Below, one piece after another: positions 1-13,474 of a stretch of DNA of 64,000 nt. Numbering within the stretch: the stretch's first letter is position 1; the number at the start of each line of letters is the position of its first letter. The position numbers and the translations under genes were made by a program. The notes below the pieces were generated by a model, which was given only the letters and a program-made list of their open reading frames with translations, made no database searches and was not told the DNA's origin. The DNA is taken from the NCBI RefSeq assembly GCF_964204645.1, contig NC_134026.1, positions 3,433,950 through 3,497,949 of the forward strand, in the 5' to 3' direction. The DNA comes from Tubulanus polymorphus. Lineage: Eukaryota > Animalia > Nemertea.

Positions 1-70
1 AAAGTGAGAAGTCAGGTACAAAGTGAGACGTCAGGTACAAAGTGAGACGTCAGGTGCAAAGTGAGACGTC
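1..70. repeat. 19-bp tandem repeat (aaagtgagacgtcaggtac), about 3.5 copies
   Basis: Unit repeats directly from position 1. The homologous motif and flank recur at about 40577-40660. Confidence 0.8.
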
Positions 71-2224
71 AATTGTTTTCACCGGTGTTTATGATGATCG
101 ATCTTCATTTAATAGGCTATAAAGGACAAGAATTGGCTCCAATGTTTTGAAGTTTTATTAACTCAGGTTTAGAGTTTATCAGCATTGATAAAACACTCTG
201 ACCCAGTTTAGCTGATTCCTATCTAACAAATCTACTGAACAAGTAATGACTAATTCAAGTTTTAATCATCACACTTAATTAGAACAGAATGTAGAAATCA
301 ACATGCAACAGTATTTCCCATCTGTTTCTTCATTGACATGTAAAGTTTATAACATCATTCTTTTAAACCTATTATTCTTTTATACCTTTTATTCCTTTTA
401 CATAAAGTCGCTACAAGGGAGATCAGGCAGCAAAACTCACCAAAACTCAATATATCACCCCAAAACAGAGTGTATCAATTAACACCCAGCAGCAAGCAGC
501 AGTATTAAAGGAGCCCAACAGTGTTGTAACACACTGACAATTCAGTTTGTTTGTCATATTTCTACATGACTGTTGAAGAAGGAAGGTGGAGACTCCCGAA
601 CTCACTATCACCCCAAAACAGAGTGTATTAATCAACACCCAGCCTCAAGCAGCAGTATTTAAGGAGGTCATCAGTGATGTAACACACTGACAATTCAGTT
701 TGTTTGTCACGTTTCTACATGACAGTCGAAGAAGGAAGGAGGAGACTCCCGATCTCAATATCACCACAAAACAGAGCCAGCAGCAAGCAGCAGTATTAAA
801 GGAGGTCATCAGTGATGTAACACACTGACAATTCAGTTTGTTTGTCACGTTTCTACATGACAGTTGAAGCAGGAAGGAGAAGACTCCTGATCTCAATATC
901 ACCCCAAAACAGAGTGTATTAATCAACACCCAGCCTCAAGCAGCAGTATTCAAGGAGGTCATCAGTGATGTAACACACTGACAATTCAGTTTGTTTGTCA
1001 CGTTTCTACATGACAGTTGAAGAAGGGAGGAAAATGCATCGATATCACCCCAGAGCATATCAATTAACACCCAGCCTCAAGCAGCAGTATTAAAGGAGGT
1101 CATCAGTGATGTAACACACTGACAATTCAGTTTGTTTGTCACGTTTCTACATGACAGTCGAAGAAGGAAGGAGGAGACTCCCGATCTCAATATCACCACA
1201 AAACAGAGCCAGCAGCAAGCAGCAGTATTAAAGGAGGTCATCAGTGATGTAACACACTGACAATTCAGTTTGTTTGTCACGTTTCTACATGACAGTTGAA
1301 GCAGGAAGGAGAAGACTCCTGATCTCAATATCACCCCAAAACAGAGCCAGCAGCAAGCAGCAGTATTAAAGGAGGTCATCAATGATGTAACACACTGACA
1401 ATTAAGTTTGTTTGTCACGTTTCTACATGACAGTTGAAGAAGGAAGGAGGAGACTCCTGATCTCAATATCACCCCAAAACACAGCCAGCAGCAAGCAGCA
1501 GTATTAAAGGAGGTCATCAATGTTGTAACACACTGACAATTCAGTTTGTTTGTCACGTTTCTACATGACAGTTGAAGCAGGAAGGAGAAGACTCCTGATC
1601 TCAATATCACCCCAAAACAGAGCCAGCAGCAAGCAGCAGTATTTAAGGAGGTCATCAGTGATGTAACACACTGACCATACAGTTTGTCACGTTTCTATAT
1701 GATAGTTGAAGCAGGAAGGAGGAGATTCCTGATCTCAATATCACCCCAAAACAGAGCCAGCAGCAAGCAGCAGTATTTAAGGAGGATGATTCATGTTGTT
1801 ATAATGTTTAATGTAATAATTTTTATTTATATTTTAGATATCACCCTAAAACAATGTGTATCAATTAGCACCACCAGCAAACAGCAGTATCAAAGGAGGT
1901 CATCAGTGATGTAACACACTGACAATTCAGTTTGTTTGTCACGTTTCTACATGACAGTTGAAGCAGGAAGGAGGAGGCTCCTGATCTCAATATCACTCCA
2001 AAACAGAGTGTATTAATTAACACCCAGCACCAAGCAGCAGTATTAAAGGAGGTCATCAGTGTTTAATGCACTGACAATTCAGTTCGTTTGTCACGTTTCT
2101 ACATGACAGTTAACAACCTTCAGGTGCAAGGAACCAAAGTGAAGCAATCAAACAATAGCATCTTTGAGTATAACACTTTTAAAATGTGTAATGTGATAAT
2201 AATTTGCTGATACAGTATACACAG

Positions 2225-3120
2225 AGAACCAACACCAGCATTATTTCAATGATTCAACCACCATAAAGCTATCGATGGATAGCTGTTTTGAATATTTATA
2301 CATTTAAAACGTAAAGTCGCAATAAGGACGATCAGGAAACATAATCAGTCCCAATTCACCGACATATATTACAATATATACAATGTACCAACACCAGCGA
2401 CATTTCAAAGATTCAACCACCACAAAGCTATCGATGGATAGCTGTTTTGAATATTTATACATTTAAAACGTAAAGTCGCAATAAGGACGATCAGGAAACA
2501 TAATCAATCCCAATTCACCGACATATATTACAATATATATACACAGAACCAACACCAATGACATTTCAAAGATTCAACCACCACAAAGCTATCGATGGAT
2601 AGCTGTTTTGAATATTTATACATTTAAAATGTAAAGTCATAATGAGGACGATTAGGAAACATAATCAGTCCCAATTCACCGACATATATTACAATATATA
2701 CACAGAACCAACACCAGCGACATTTCAATGATTCAGCCACCACAAAGCTATCGATGGATAGCTGCTTTGAATATTTATACATTTAGAACGCTAAGTCGCA
2801 AAAACGACGATCACAAAATATGATCCATCCCATTTCACCGACATATATTACAATATATACAATGTAACAACACCAGCAACATTTCAATGATTCAACCACC
2901 ACAAAGCTATCGATGGATAGCTGTTTTGAATATTTATACATTTAAAACGTAAAGTTGCAATAAGGACAATCACAAAACATGATCAATCCCATTTCACCGA
3001 CATATATTACAATATATACAATGTACCAACACCAGCGACATTTCAAAGATTCAACCACCACAAAGCTATCGATGGATAGCTGTTTTGAATATTTGTACAT
3101 TTAAAACGTTAAGTCGCAAT
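2225..3120. repeat. SatB array, ~159-bp unit with agctatc-gatg-gatagct palindrome
   Basis: gctatcgatggatagct at 2268, 2427, 2588, 2747 and onward. Confidence 0.95.
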
Positions 3121-5654
3121 AAGGATGCTCAGGGAGCAAAACTTGCCAACACTCAATATCACCCCATAACAGAGTGTATTAATTAACACGCAGCAGCAAG
3201 CAGCAGTATTAAAGGAGGCCATCAGTGTTGTAACACACTGAAAATTCAGTTTGTTTGTCACGTTTCTACATGACAGTTGAAGAAGGAAGGAGGAGACTCC
3301 TGAACTCAATATCACCCCAAAACAGAGTGTATTAATTAACACGCAGCAGCAAGCAGCAGTATTAAAGGAGGCCATCAGTGTTGTACCACACTGAAAATTC
3401 AGTTTGATTGTCACGTTTCTACATGACAGTTGAAGAAGGAAGGAGGAGACTCCTGCACTCAATATCACCCCTGAACAGAGTGCATTTATTAACACGCTGC
3501 AGCAAGCAGCAGTATTAAAGGTCATCAGTGTTGTAACACACTGACAATTCAGTTTGTTTGTCATGTTTCTACATGACAATTGAAGAAGGAAGGAGGAGAC
3601 TCCTGCACTCAATATCACCCCAAAACAGAGTGTATCAATTAACACCCAGCAGCAAGCAGCAGTATTATAGGTGGTCATCAGTGTTGTAACACACTGAAAT
3701 TCAGTTTGTTTGTCACTTTTCTACATGACAGTTGAAGCAGGAAGGAGGAGACTACTGAACTCAATATCACCCCAAAACAGAGTGTATAAATTAACACGCA
3801 GCAGCAAGCAGCAGTATTAAAGGTAGTCATCAGTGTTGTAACACACTGACAATTCAGTTCCTTTGTCACGTTTCTACATGACAGTTGAAGAAGGAAGGAG
3901 GAGACTCCTGAACTCAATATCACCCCAAAACAGAGCCAGCAGCAAGCAGCAGTATTTAAGGAGGATGATTCATGATGTTATAATGTTTAATGTAATAATT
4001 CTTATAGTAATAATGTTTAATGTAATAATTCAAGAAGTTCATGGAAGGTGGTAAGAATTAACACCCAGCAGCAAGCAGCAGTATTAAAGGAGGTCATCAG
4101 TGTTGTAACGCACTGACAATTCAGTTCCTTTGTCACGTTTCTACATGACAGTTGAAGAAGGAAGGAGGAGACACCTGCACTCAATATCACCTCAAATGAG
4201 AGTGTATCAATTAACACCCAGCAGCAAGCAGCAGTATTAAAGGAGATCATCAGTGTTGTAACGCACTGACAATTCAGTTCCTTTGTCACGTTTCTACATG
4301 ACAGTTGAAGAAGGAAGGAGGAGACTCCTGAACTCAATATCACCCCAAAACAGAGCCAGCAGCAAGCAGCAGTATTTAAGGAGGATGATTCATGATGTTA
4401 TAATGTTTAATGTAATAATTCTTATAGTAATAATGTTTAATGTAATAATTCAAGAAGTTCATGGAAGGTGGTAAGAATTAACACCCAGCAGCAAGCAGCA
4501 GTATTAAAGGAGGTCATCAGTGTTGTAACGCACTGACAATTCAGTTCCTTTGTCACCTTTCTACATGACAGTTGAAGAAGGAAGGAGGAGACTCCTGCAC
4601 TCAATATCACCCCAAAACAGAGTGTATCAATTAACACTCAGCAGCAAGCAGCATGATTAAAGGAGATCATCAGTGTTGTAACGCACTGACAATTCAGTTC
4701 CTTTATCACGTTTCTACATGACAGTTGAAGAAGGAAGGAGGAGACTCCTGACCTCAATATCACCCCAAAACAGAGTGTATCAATTAAGCAGCTGTATTAA
4801 AGGAGTTCATCAGTGTTGTAACACACTGACAATTCAGTTTGTTTGTCACGTTTCTATATGACAGTTGAAGCAGGAAGGAGAAGACTCCTGATCTCAATAT
4901 CACCCCAAAACAGAGCCAGCAGCAAGCAGCAGTATTAAAGGAGGTCATCAATGTTGTAACACACTGACAATTCAGTTTGTTTGTCACGTTTCTACATGAC
5001 AGTTGAAGCAGGAAGGAGAAGACTCCTGATCTCAATATCACCCCAAAACAGAGCCAGCAGCAAGCAGCAGTATTTAAGGAGGTCATCAGTGATGTAACAC
5101 ACTGACCATACAGTTTGTCACGTTTCTATATGATAGTTGAAGCAGGAAGGAGGAGATTCCTGATCTCAATATCACCCCAAAACAGAGCCAGCAGCAAGCA
5201 GCAGTATTTAAGGAGGATGATTCATGTTGTTATAATGTTTAATGTAATAATTTTTATATATATTTTAGATATCACCCTAAAACAATGTGTATCAATTAGC
5301 ACCACCAGCAAACAGCAGTATCAAAGGAGGTCATCAGTGATGTAACACACTGACAATTCAGTTTGTTTGTCACGTTTCTACATGACAGTTGAAGCAGGAA
5401 GGAGGAGGCTCCTGATCTCAATATCACTCCAAAACAGAGTGTATTAATTAACACCCAGCACCAAGCAGCAGTATTAAAGGAGGTCATCAGTGTTTAATGC
5501 ACTGACAATTCAGTTCGTTTGTCACGTTTCTACATGACAGTTAACAACCTTCAGGTGCAAGGAACCAAAGTGAAGCAATCAAACAATAGCATCTTTGAGT
5601 ATAACACTTTTAAAATGTGTAATGTGATAATAATTTGCTGATACAGTATACACA

Positions 5655-6860
5655 GAGAACCAACACCAGCATTATTTCAATGATTCAACCACCATAAAGC
5701 TATCGATGGATAGCTGTTTTGAATATTTATACATTTAAAACGTAAAGTCGCAATAAGGACGATCAGGAAACATAATCAGTCCCAATTCACCGACATATAT
5801 TACAATATATACAATGTACCAACACCAGCGACATTTCAAAGATTCAACCACCACAAAGCTATCGATGGATAGCTGTTTTGAATATTTATACATTTAAAAC
5901 GTAAAGTCGCAATAAGGACGATCAGGAAACATAATCAATCCCAATTCACCGACATATATTACAATATATACAATGTACCAACATTTCAAAGATTCAACCA
6001 CCACAAAGCTATCGATGGATAGCTGTTTTGAATATTTATACATTTAAAACGTAAAGTCGCAATAAGGACGATCAGGAAACATAATCAATCCCAATTCACC
6101 GACATATATTACAATATATATATACAGAACCAACACCAATGACATTTCAAAGATTCAACCACCACAAAGCTATCGATGGATAGCTGCTTTGAATATTTAT
6201 ACATTTAAAACGTAAAGTCGCAAGAAGGATAATCACAAAACATGATCAATCCCATTTCACCGACATATATTACAATATATACAATGTACCAACACCAGCG
6301 ACATTTCAAAGATTCAACCACCACAAAGCTATCGATGGATAGCTGTTTTGAATATTTACACATTTAAAATGTAAAGTCATAATGAGGACGATTAGGAAAC
6401 ATAATCAGTCCCAATTCACCGACATATATTACAATATATACACAGAACCAACACCAGCGACATTTCAATGATTCAGCCACCACAAAGCTATCGATGGATA
6501 GCTGCTTTGAATATTTATACATTTAAAACGCTAAGTCGCAAAAAAGACGATCACAAAATATGATCAATCCCATTTCACCGACATATATTACAATATATAC
6601 AATGTACCAACACCAGCGACATTTCAATGATTCAACCACCACAAAGCTATCGATGGATAGCTGTTTTGAATATTTATACATTTAAAATGTAAAGTCATAA
6701 TGAGGACGATTAGGAAACATAATCAGTCCCAATTCACCGACATATATTACAATATATACACTGAACCAACACCAGCGACATTTCAATGATTCAGCCACCA
6801 CAAAGCTATCGATGGATAGCTGTTTTGAATATTTATACATTTAAAACGTTAAGTCGTAAT
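5655..6860. repeat. SatB array, second block
   Basis: Same ~159-bp unit. It belongs to a ~3.43-kb higher-order duplication (identical ORFs at 1684 and 5115). Confidence 0.95.
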
Positions 6861-9800
6861 AAGGATGCTCAGGGAGCAAAACTTGCCAAAACTCAATATC
6901 ACCCCATTACAGAGTGTATTTATTAACGCGCAGCAGCAAGCAGCAGTATTTAAGGAGGTCATCAGTGTTGTACCAGACTGACAATTCAGTTTGTTTGTCA
7001 TGTTTCTACATGACAGTTGAAGAAGGAAGGAGGAGACTCCTGCACTCAATATCACCCCTGAACAGAGTGTATTTATTAACACCCAGCAGCAAGCAGCAGT
7101 ATTAAAGGAGGTCATCAGTTTTGTAACACACTGACAATTCAGTTTGTAAGTCACGTTTCTACATGACAGTTGAAGAAGGAAGGAGGAGACTCCTGCACTC
7201 AATATCACCCCTGAACAGAGTGTATTTATTAACACCCAGCAGCAAGCAGCAGTATTAAAGGAGGTCATCAGTGTTTAATGCACAGACAATTCAGTTCGTT
7301 TGTCACGTTTCTACATGACAGTTGAAGAAGAAAGGAGGAGACTCCTGAACTCAATATCACCCCAAAACAGAGCCAGCAGCAAGCAGCAGTATTTAAGGAG
7401 GATGATTCATGATGTTATAATGTTTAATGTAATAATTCTTATAGTAATAATGTTTAATGTAATAATTCAAGAAGTTCATGGAAGGTGGTAAGAATCAACA
7501 CCCAGCAGCAAGCAGCAGTATTAAAGGAGGTCATCAGTGATGTAACGCACTGACAATTCAGTTCCTTTGTCACGTTTCTACATGACAGTTGAAGAAGGAA
7601 GGAGGAGACTCCTGAACTCAATATCACCCCAAAACAGAGCCAGCAGCAAGCAGCAGTATTTAAGGAGGATGATTCATGATGTTATAATGTTTAATGTAAT
7701 AATTCTTATAGTAATAATGTTTAATGTAATAATTCAAGAAGTTCATGGAAGGTGGTAAGAATCAACACCCAGCAGCAAGCAGCAGTATTAAAGGAGGTCA
7801 TCAGTGTTGTAACGCACTGACAATTCAGTTCCTTTGTCACGTTTCTACATGACAGTTGAAGAAGGAAGGAGGAGACTCCTGAACTCAATATCACCCCACA
7901 ACAGAGCCAGCAGCCAGCAGCAGTATTTAAGGAGGATGATTCATGATGTTATAATGTTTAATGTAATAATTCTTATAGTAATAATGTTTAATGTAATAAT
8001 TCAAGAAGTTCATGGAAGGTGGTAAGAATCAACACCCAGCAGCAAGCAGCAGTATTAAAGGAGGTCATCAGTGTTGTAACGCACTGACAATTCAGTTCCT
8101 TTGTCACGTTTCTACATGACAGTTGAAGAAGGAAGGAGGAGACTCCTGAACTCAATATCACCCCAACAGAGTGTATTAATTAACACCCAGCACCAAGCAG
8201 CAGTATTAAAGGAGGTCATCAGTGTTGTAATGCACTGACAATTCAGTTCCTTTGTCACGTTTCTACATGACAGTTGAAGAAGGAAGGAGGAGACTCCTGA
8301 ACTCAATATCACCCCAAAACAGAGCCAGCAGCAAGCAGCAGTATTTAAGGAGGATGATTCATGATGTTATAATGTTAAATGTAATAATTCTTATTGTAAT
8401 AATGTTTAATGTAATAATTCAAGAAGTTCATGGAAGGTGGTAAGAATTAACACCCAGCAGCAAGCAGCAGTATTAAAGGAGGTCATCAGTGTTGTAACGC
8501 ACTGACAATTCAGTTCCTTTGTCACGTTTCTACATGACACTTGAAGAAGGAAGGAGGAGACTCCTGAACTCAATATCACTCCAAAACAGAGTGTATTAAT
8601 TAACACCCAGCACCAAGCAGCAGTATTAAAGGAGATCATCAGTGTTGTAACGCACTGACAATTCAGTTCCTTTGTCACGTTTCTACATGACACTTGAAGA
8701 AGGAAGGAGGAGACTCCTGAACTCAATATCACTCCAAAACAGAGTGTATTAATTAACACCCAGCACCAAGCAGCAGTATTAAAGGAGGTCATCAGTTATA
8801 AATTAGCAGTAATTCACCCACAGTGTTTTTGTAGCACTTAACTTTCATCACCACCAATTGATTTAGCAGTAATTGATCCATAGTTTGAAATGTGCTGCAA
8901 TCAATGAGCAATTTCAAACTTTTCTATTGAGGAAACCACAGCAAAAAACTAAATGTATATAAAAAAGGAGTGTCTTATTTAATTTTTGATGAGAGAGGAG
9001 AGAGAGGAGAGGAGGCATGTACACCTAACACAACGTTTAAAACTCAATATCACAACCAAAACAGTTGAATGATAGCAAGCATCAGCAACATGAAGTTTTC
9101 AAATAAGGAAGTTATCAGTATTGTAAGTCACATCTATTTGACAATTCAAGAAGGCAAGGGAAGGAGAAGAGACTCCAAAACTCAATATCACCCTTAGAAC
9201 AGAGTGGAATGAGCAACATGCTGTAGCAAACAACAGTATTTGCCATGTTTCTACATGACGAAAGGAGTATCTTCTGTATTTGATACTCGTTTGATGTCAT
9301 AGCAAGGCCATTACCGGGAGTTATAGAGAACAAAAGGAGAAGCCATGCCACCACAAGATTTTAATTGCCTATGATTTTGATATTGTATATAAAAATGGCA
9401 CGATATATCACCTCGTAGCAGAGGAAGGAGGTAGAACAAACCGCAAGATCAGTACATCTATCAATGTTTCATTACATGTATCATTGTTTCAAGACACCAA
9501 CTTTCAGTGTTTTGTAACACTTAACTTTTATCACCACCAATTGATTTAGCAGTAATTCACATTTCGTGATGAGAGAGAGGAGAGAGAGAGAGAGAGAGAG
9601 AGAGGAGTCTTGTAGGAAATGTAGCGATACACCTATCAAAGCTTTTTTACAAATGCAAATCAGTCTATTCTAGACTATGGACGTTTGTTGCTGGAGGAGA
9701 CAAACTGTATTCCAAATTGAAACCCTTATCCCTTTTAGCTTTTTCTTTAAGAGATCGAACCCACAAGACGTCTGGCAAAGGCTCCAAACATTTTCATAAC

Positions 9801-9864
9801 TGTTGGTGTAGAGCCAATGATAAAACCAGCACTTATCATCATCAAACAAAAGCTGAAAACTGCA

Positions 9865-11185
9865 AACCAGTGAGAGGAAGTATGCACAATCGATGAGATG
9901 ATTGTTCATAGCTGCAACCAATGGAGTGAACTGCAACCAGTGAGAGGAAGTATGCACAATCGATGAGATGATTGTTCATAGCTGCAACCAATGGAGTGAA
10001 CTGCAACCAGTGAGGGGAAGTATGCACAATCGATGAGATGATTGTTCATAGCTGCAACCAATCAAGTGAACTGCAACAAGTGAGGGGAAAGTATGCTCAA
10101 TCGATGAGATGATTGTTCATAGCTGCAACCGATCAAGTGAACTGCAACCAGTGAGGGGAAGTATGCACAATCGATGAGATGATTGTTCATAGCTGCAACC
10201 AATGGAGTGAACTGCAACCAGTGAGGGAGAAGTATGCACAATCAATGAGATGATTGTTCATAGCTGCAACCAATAGAGTGAACTGCAACCAGTGAGGGGA
10301 AGTATGCACAATCGATGAGATGATTGTTCATAGCTGCAACCAATAGAGTGAACTGCAACCAGTGAGGGGAAGTATGCACAATCGATGAGATGATTGTTCA
10401 TAGCTGCAACCAATAGAGTGAACTGCAACCAGTGAGGGAGAAGTATGCACAATCGATGAGATGATTGTTCATAGCTGCAACCAATAGAGTGAACTGCAAC
10501 AAGTGAGGGGAAGTATGCACAATCGATGAGATGATTGTTCATAGCTGCAACCAATAGAGTGAACTGCAACCAGTGAGGGGGAAGTATGCACAATCAATGA
10601 GATGATTGTTCATAGCTGCAACCAATCAAGTGAACTGCAACAAGTGAGGGGAAATTATATTTCAAACCAGTGAGGGGAAATTAGCTCAATCATTGAGATG
10701 ATTGTTCATAGCTGCAACCAATGGAGATAGCTGCAACCAGTGAGGGGGAAGTATGCACAATCAATGAGATGATTGTTCATAGCTGCAACCAATGGAGTGA
10801 ACTGCAACCAGTGAGGGGAAATTATATTTCAAACCAGTGAGGGGAAATTAGCTCAATCATTGAGATGATTGTTCATAGCTGCAACCAATGAAGTGACAAC
10901 CAGTGAGGGGAAAATATGCACAATCAATGAGATGATTGTTCATAGCTGCAACCAATCAAGTGACAACATGTGAGGGGAAAGTATGTACAATCAATGAGAT
11001 GATTGTTGTAGCTGCAACCAATCAAATGAACTGCGACCAGTGAGGGGAAATTATATTTCAAACCAGTGAGGGGAAATTCGCTCAATCATTGAGATGATTG
11101 TTCATAGCTGCAACCAATGAAGTGACAACCAGTGAGGGGGAAGTATGCACAATCGATGAGATGATTTTTTTCATAACTGCAACCA
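9865..11185. repeat. 70-bp tandem satellite, ~18 copies
   Basis: aaccagtgag at 9865, 9935, 10005 etc. The unit contains a tatgcacaatc...gattgttcata inverted repeat and CCAAT. Confidence 0.95.
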
Positions 11186-11574
11186 ATGATGGTAAAACAT
11201 GTTGCAAACCAGTAATGGTAAAGTACACTCAATCATTTACAAACAAGTGATAGTTAAATACACTTGCAAGCTAACAGATCAGAGATCACAGGAAGCAACG
11301 TCACTCCAATCCTTATTTCTTGACATATGATATAAAATGATCTTCAGCCTGTGACAAAATGTCTTCGACGTTATACGCTTATTACTACATGCTTAACTAG
11401 AATCTTCTTTCAAATATTAATTCAAAAGGAGGAGGGACTTATCTAACGTAATGGTATCAATGCTACGAATGTATGAAAAAAGTGAAAAGTAATAGTTTGA
11501 AACCAAGATTGAATGCATTCATTCTGTTGTATTGATAAAGTGAGATCCGATGAAAATTATGAAAAAAGAAAAAA

Positions 11575-12050
11575 ACAAACTACTATCTACAAATTTACAA
11601 TATCTACAAGAAAATTAAAAAGAGAAATAAAAACGACTATTTACAAATTTACAATATTTACAAGAGAAATAAAAACTACTATTTACAAATTTACAATATT
11701 TACAAGAGAAATAAAAACTACTATTTACAAATTTACAATATTTACAAGATAGAGAGAAAGAGAGCGAAAGAGAGAGAGAGGAGAGTGAGGAGAGAGAGAG
11801 AGGAGGGATAGAGGAGGAAGGATGAAGGAGAGGGATGAAGAAAGGAGAGAGAGGAGAGAGTTAGTGGGTTAAAGAAAGAGGAAGAGAGAGTTAGTGGGTT
11901 AGAGAAAGAGGAAGAGAGTTAGTGGGTTAGAGAAAGAGGGAAAGGATAGAGACAGAGAGGGATAGGATAGAGACAGAGAGGGATAGGATAGAGACAGAGA
12001 GGGAAAGGATAGAGACAGAGAGGGAAAGGATAGAGAAAGGTAGAAAAAGA
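11575..12050. repeat. 39-bp AT-rich repeats followed by GA-rich purine tract
   Basis: aaaactactatttacaaatttacaatatttacaagagaaat x~4, then gaaaggatagagacagagagg-type repeats. Confidence 0.8.
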
Positions 12051-13122
12051 AGGGCTTATAAAAACGATAAAACATATGATAAAAACAATAAAACATATGG
12101 GTAAAAACGGTTAAAAAGAGGCAGTTTAACGTCATACCACAGGACAAATAGATAAAAATCACTGATAAAATGTATGGATAAAACGTATTGTTAAAATAAG
12201 GCAGTTTAACGTCGTACCACAGGACAACTTGAAAATAGAGGTACACTAGCAATACTACTTATATGTTACAAGGTACAGTATTTTAGACAATTCTATAAAA
12301 TTGTATAATTATCTCATCCTCTGCACTACCAAATATCAATTCGACAAAAAGTCATCTTTGAAAACGTTCGTAAGAAATAAAGCAACAAAACATAACGTAG
12401 CATTGAATTAATATTAATGTTATCAGAAGCTGAAAATCTTAAATCAACCATCAGCCATAAATGAGGAGGCGGGACTAATGCAATGAAATAATATCAATGC
12501 TCCAAACGTATGGGTTAAAATCTCGTTAAAACAATAGATTCAACAAGTGATATCAGTATTAAACTAAGATTGAATGCATTCATTCTGTTGTTTTGAATAT
12601 TAAAATTATTCAATAGAATTAAAAATATCAATTATCAATTGAATCTATATCAAAATTTGCACTAAAAAAGATTTGATGTATAGATATTATGAAGTTGAGA
12701 AAATTAAAAATTTAAGATTATATTTGAAATGTTTAAATAATCATTAAAATCTTAAGTTAAAAAGATATCTAAAAATATTTACAAGTAGAAATCAAAATCA
12801 ATAAAAAAAATCTAAAAAGAAATATAATATATACAAATAAAAAGCTATTCATAAATTTACTACATGTACAAGTACGGATAAAATGTGTCGATCAATTTGA
12901 TGAAATATTTTATATTATTTGTCAATCATAATCGGATTCCAAGTGATTTCAGAATGGAATAACTGGGCCAGGCCAATCACTCACTCGATGATCATCAATT
13001 ACTGGTACTACACAACCACAGAAAGAGTGGTTTTTACCGCGCGGTATATTAGGCCAGGTGCACCTCCCAATAATAATGCCGCCTATTATGTTTGGCTTTT
13101 TGTGTGTTGATATGTACATCGA

Positions 13123-13474
13123 TACATCCTCAATCACCAGGGTTTTATTGTCGCCCACCGAATTTCACGCTTACACAAACCCTGGTCACAAACCCTTCAT
13201 TGGTCTCTTACATTGTCCGAGATATCTCGAGTCGACAGGTTGCTGCTAAGCGGCCACTAGACTTTACATCTAGTCAATCAGATGTGTAGCAAATCTGCCG
13301 GCGAAAAACAACACATCTGATTGGCTAGATATATAGACTGGTGGCCTCTCAGTGGCAACCTGACTACCCAAGCAATCTTGAACAACGTAATAGACCAATG
13401 AAGAGTTTGCGACCAGGGTTTGTCTTGGCATGAGCTTCGGCAGACGACAATTAAAACCTGGCAAGCGAGGATGG
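13123..13474. mobile_element. Degenerate foldback element / MITE
   Basis: Arms of ~165 bp are reverse complements (catcctc...gaggatg; mirror peptides ...SSQSDV appear on both strands in the ORF track). It is absent at the homologous site of copy 2 (~53205). Confidence 0.75.

Larger units (their letters stand above)
430..8795. repeat. Composite satellite field, copy 1: SatA (153-bp unit and 138-bp deletion variant) interleaved with SatB blocks
   Basis: SatA consensus ctcaatatcaccccaaaacagag...cagcaagcagcagtattaaaggaggtcatcagtg...tgtcacgtttctacatgacagttgaagaaggaaggaggagactcc recurs, e.g. at 3151 and 3304 (153 bp) and at 1186 and 1324 (138 bp). Confidence 0.95.

Noticed and set aside
660-760. 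Hammerhead ribozyme in SatA (CUGAUGA and GAAAC on the minus strand)
   Set aside because: Stems I-III cannot be closed around the core with correct geometry. The CTGATGA in the ~162-bp satellite also lacks a suitable GAAA.
447-8792. Many Cys-rich ORFs in SatA/SatB (also 41464-49778)
   Set aside because: Unit lengths of 138, 153 and 159 bp are multiples of 3, so frames stay open. Stops and frameshifts are scattered and there are no gene signals.
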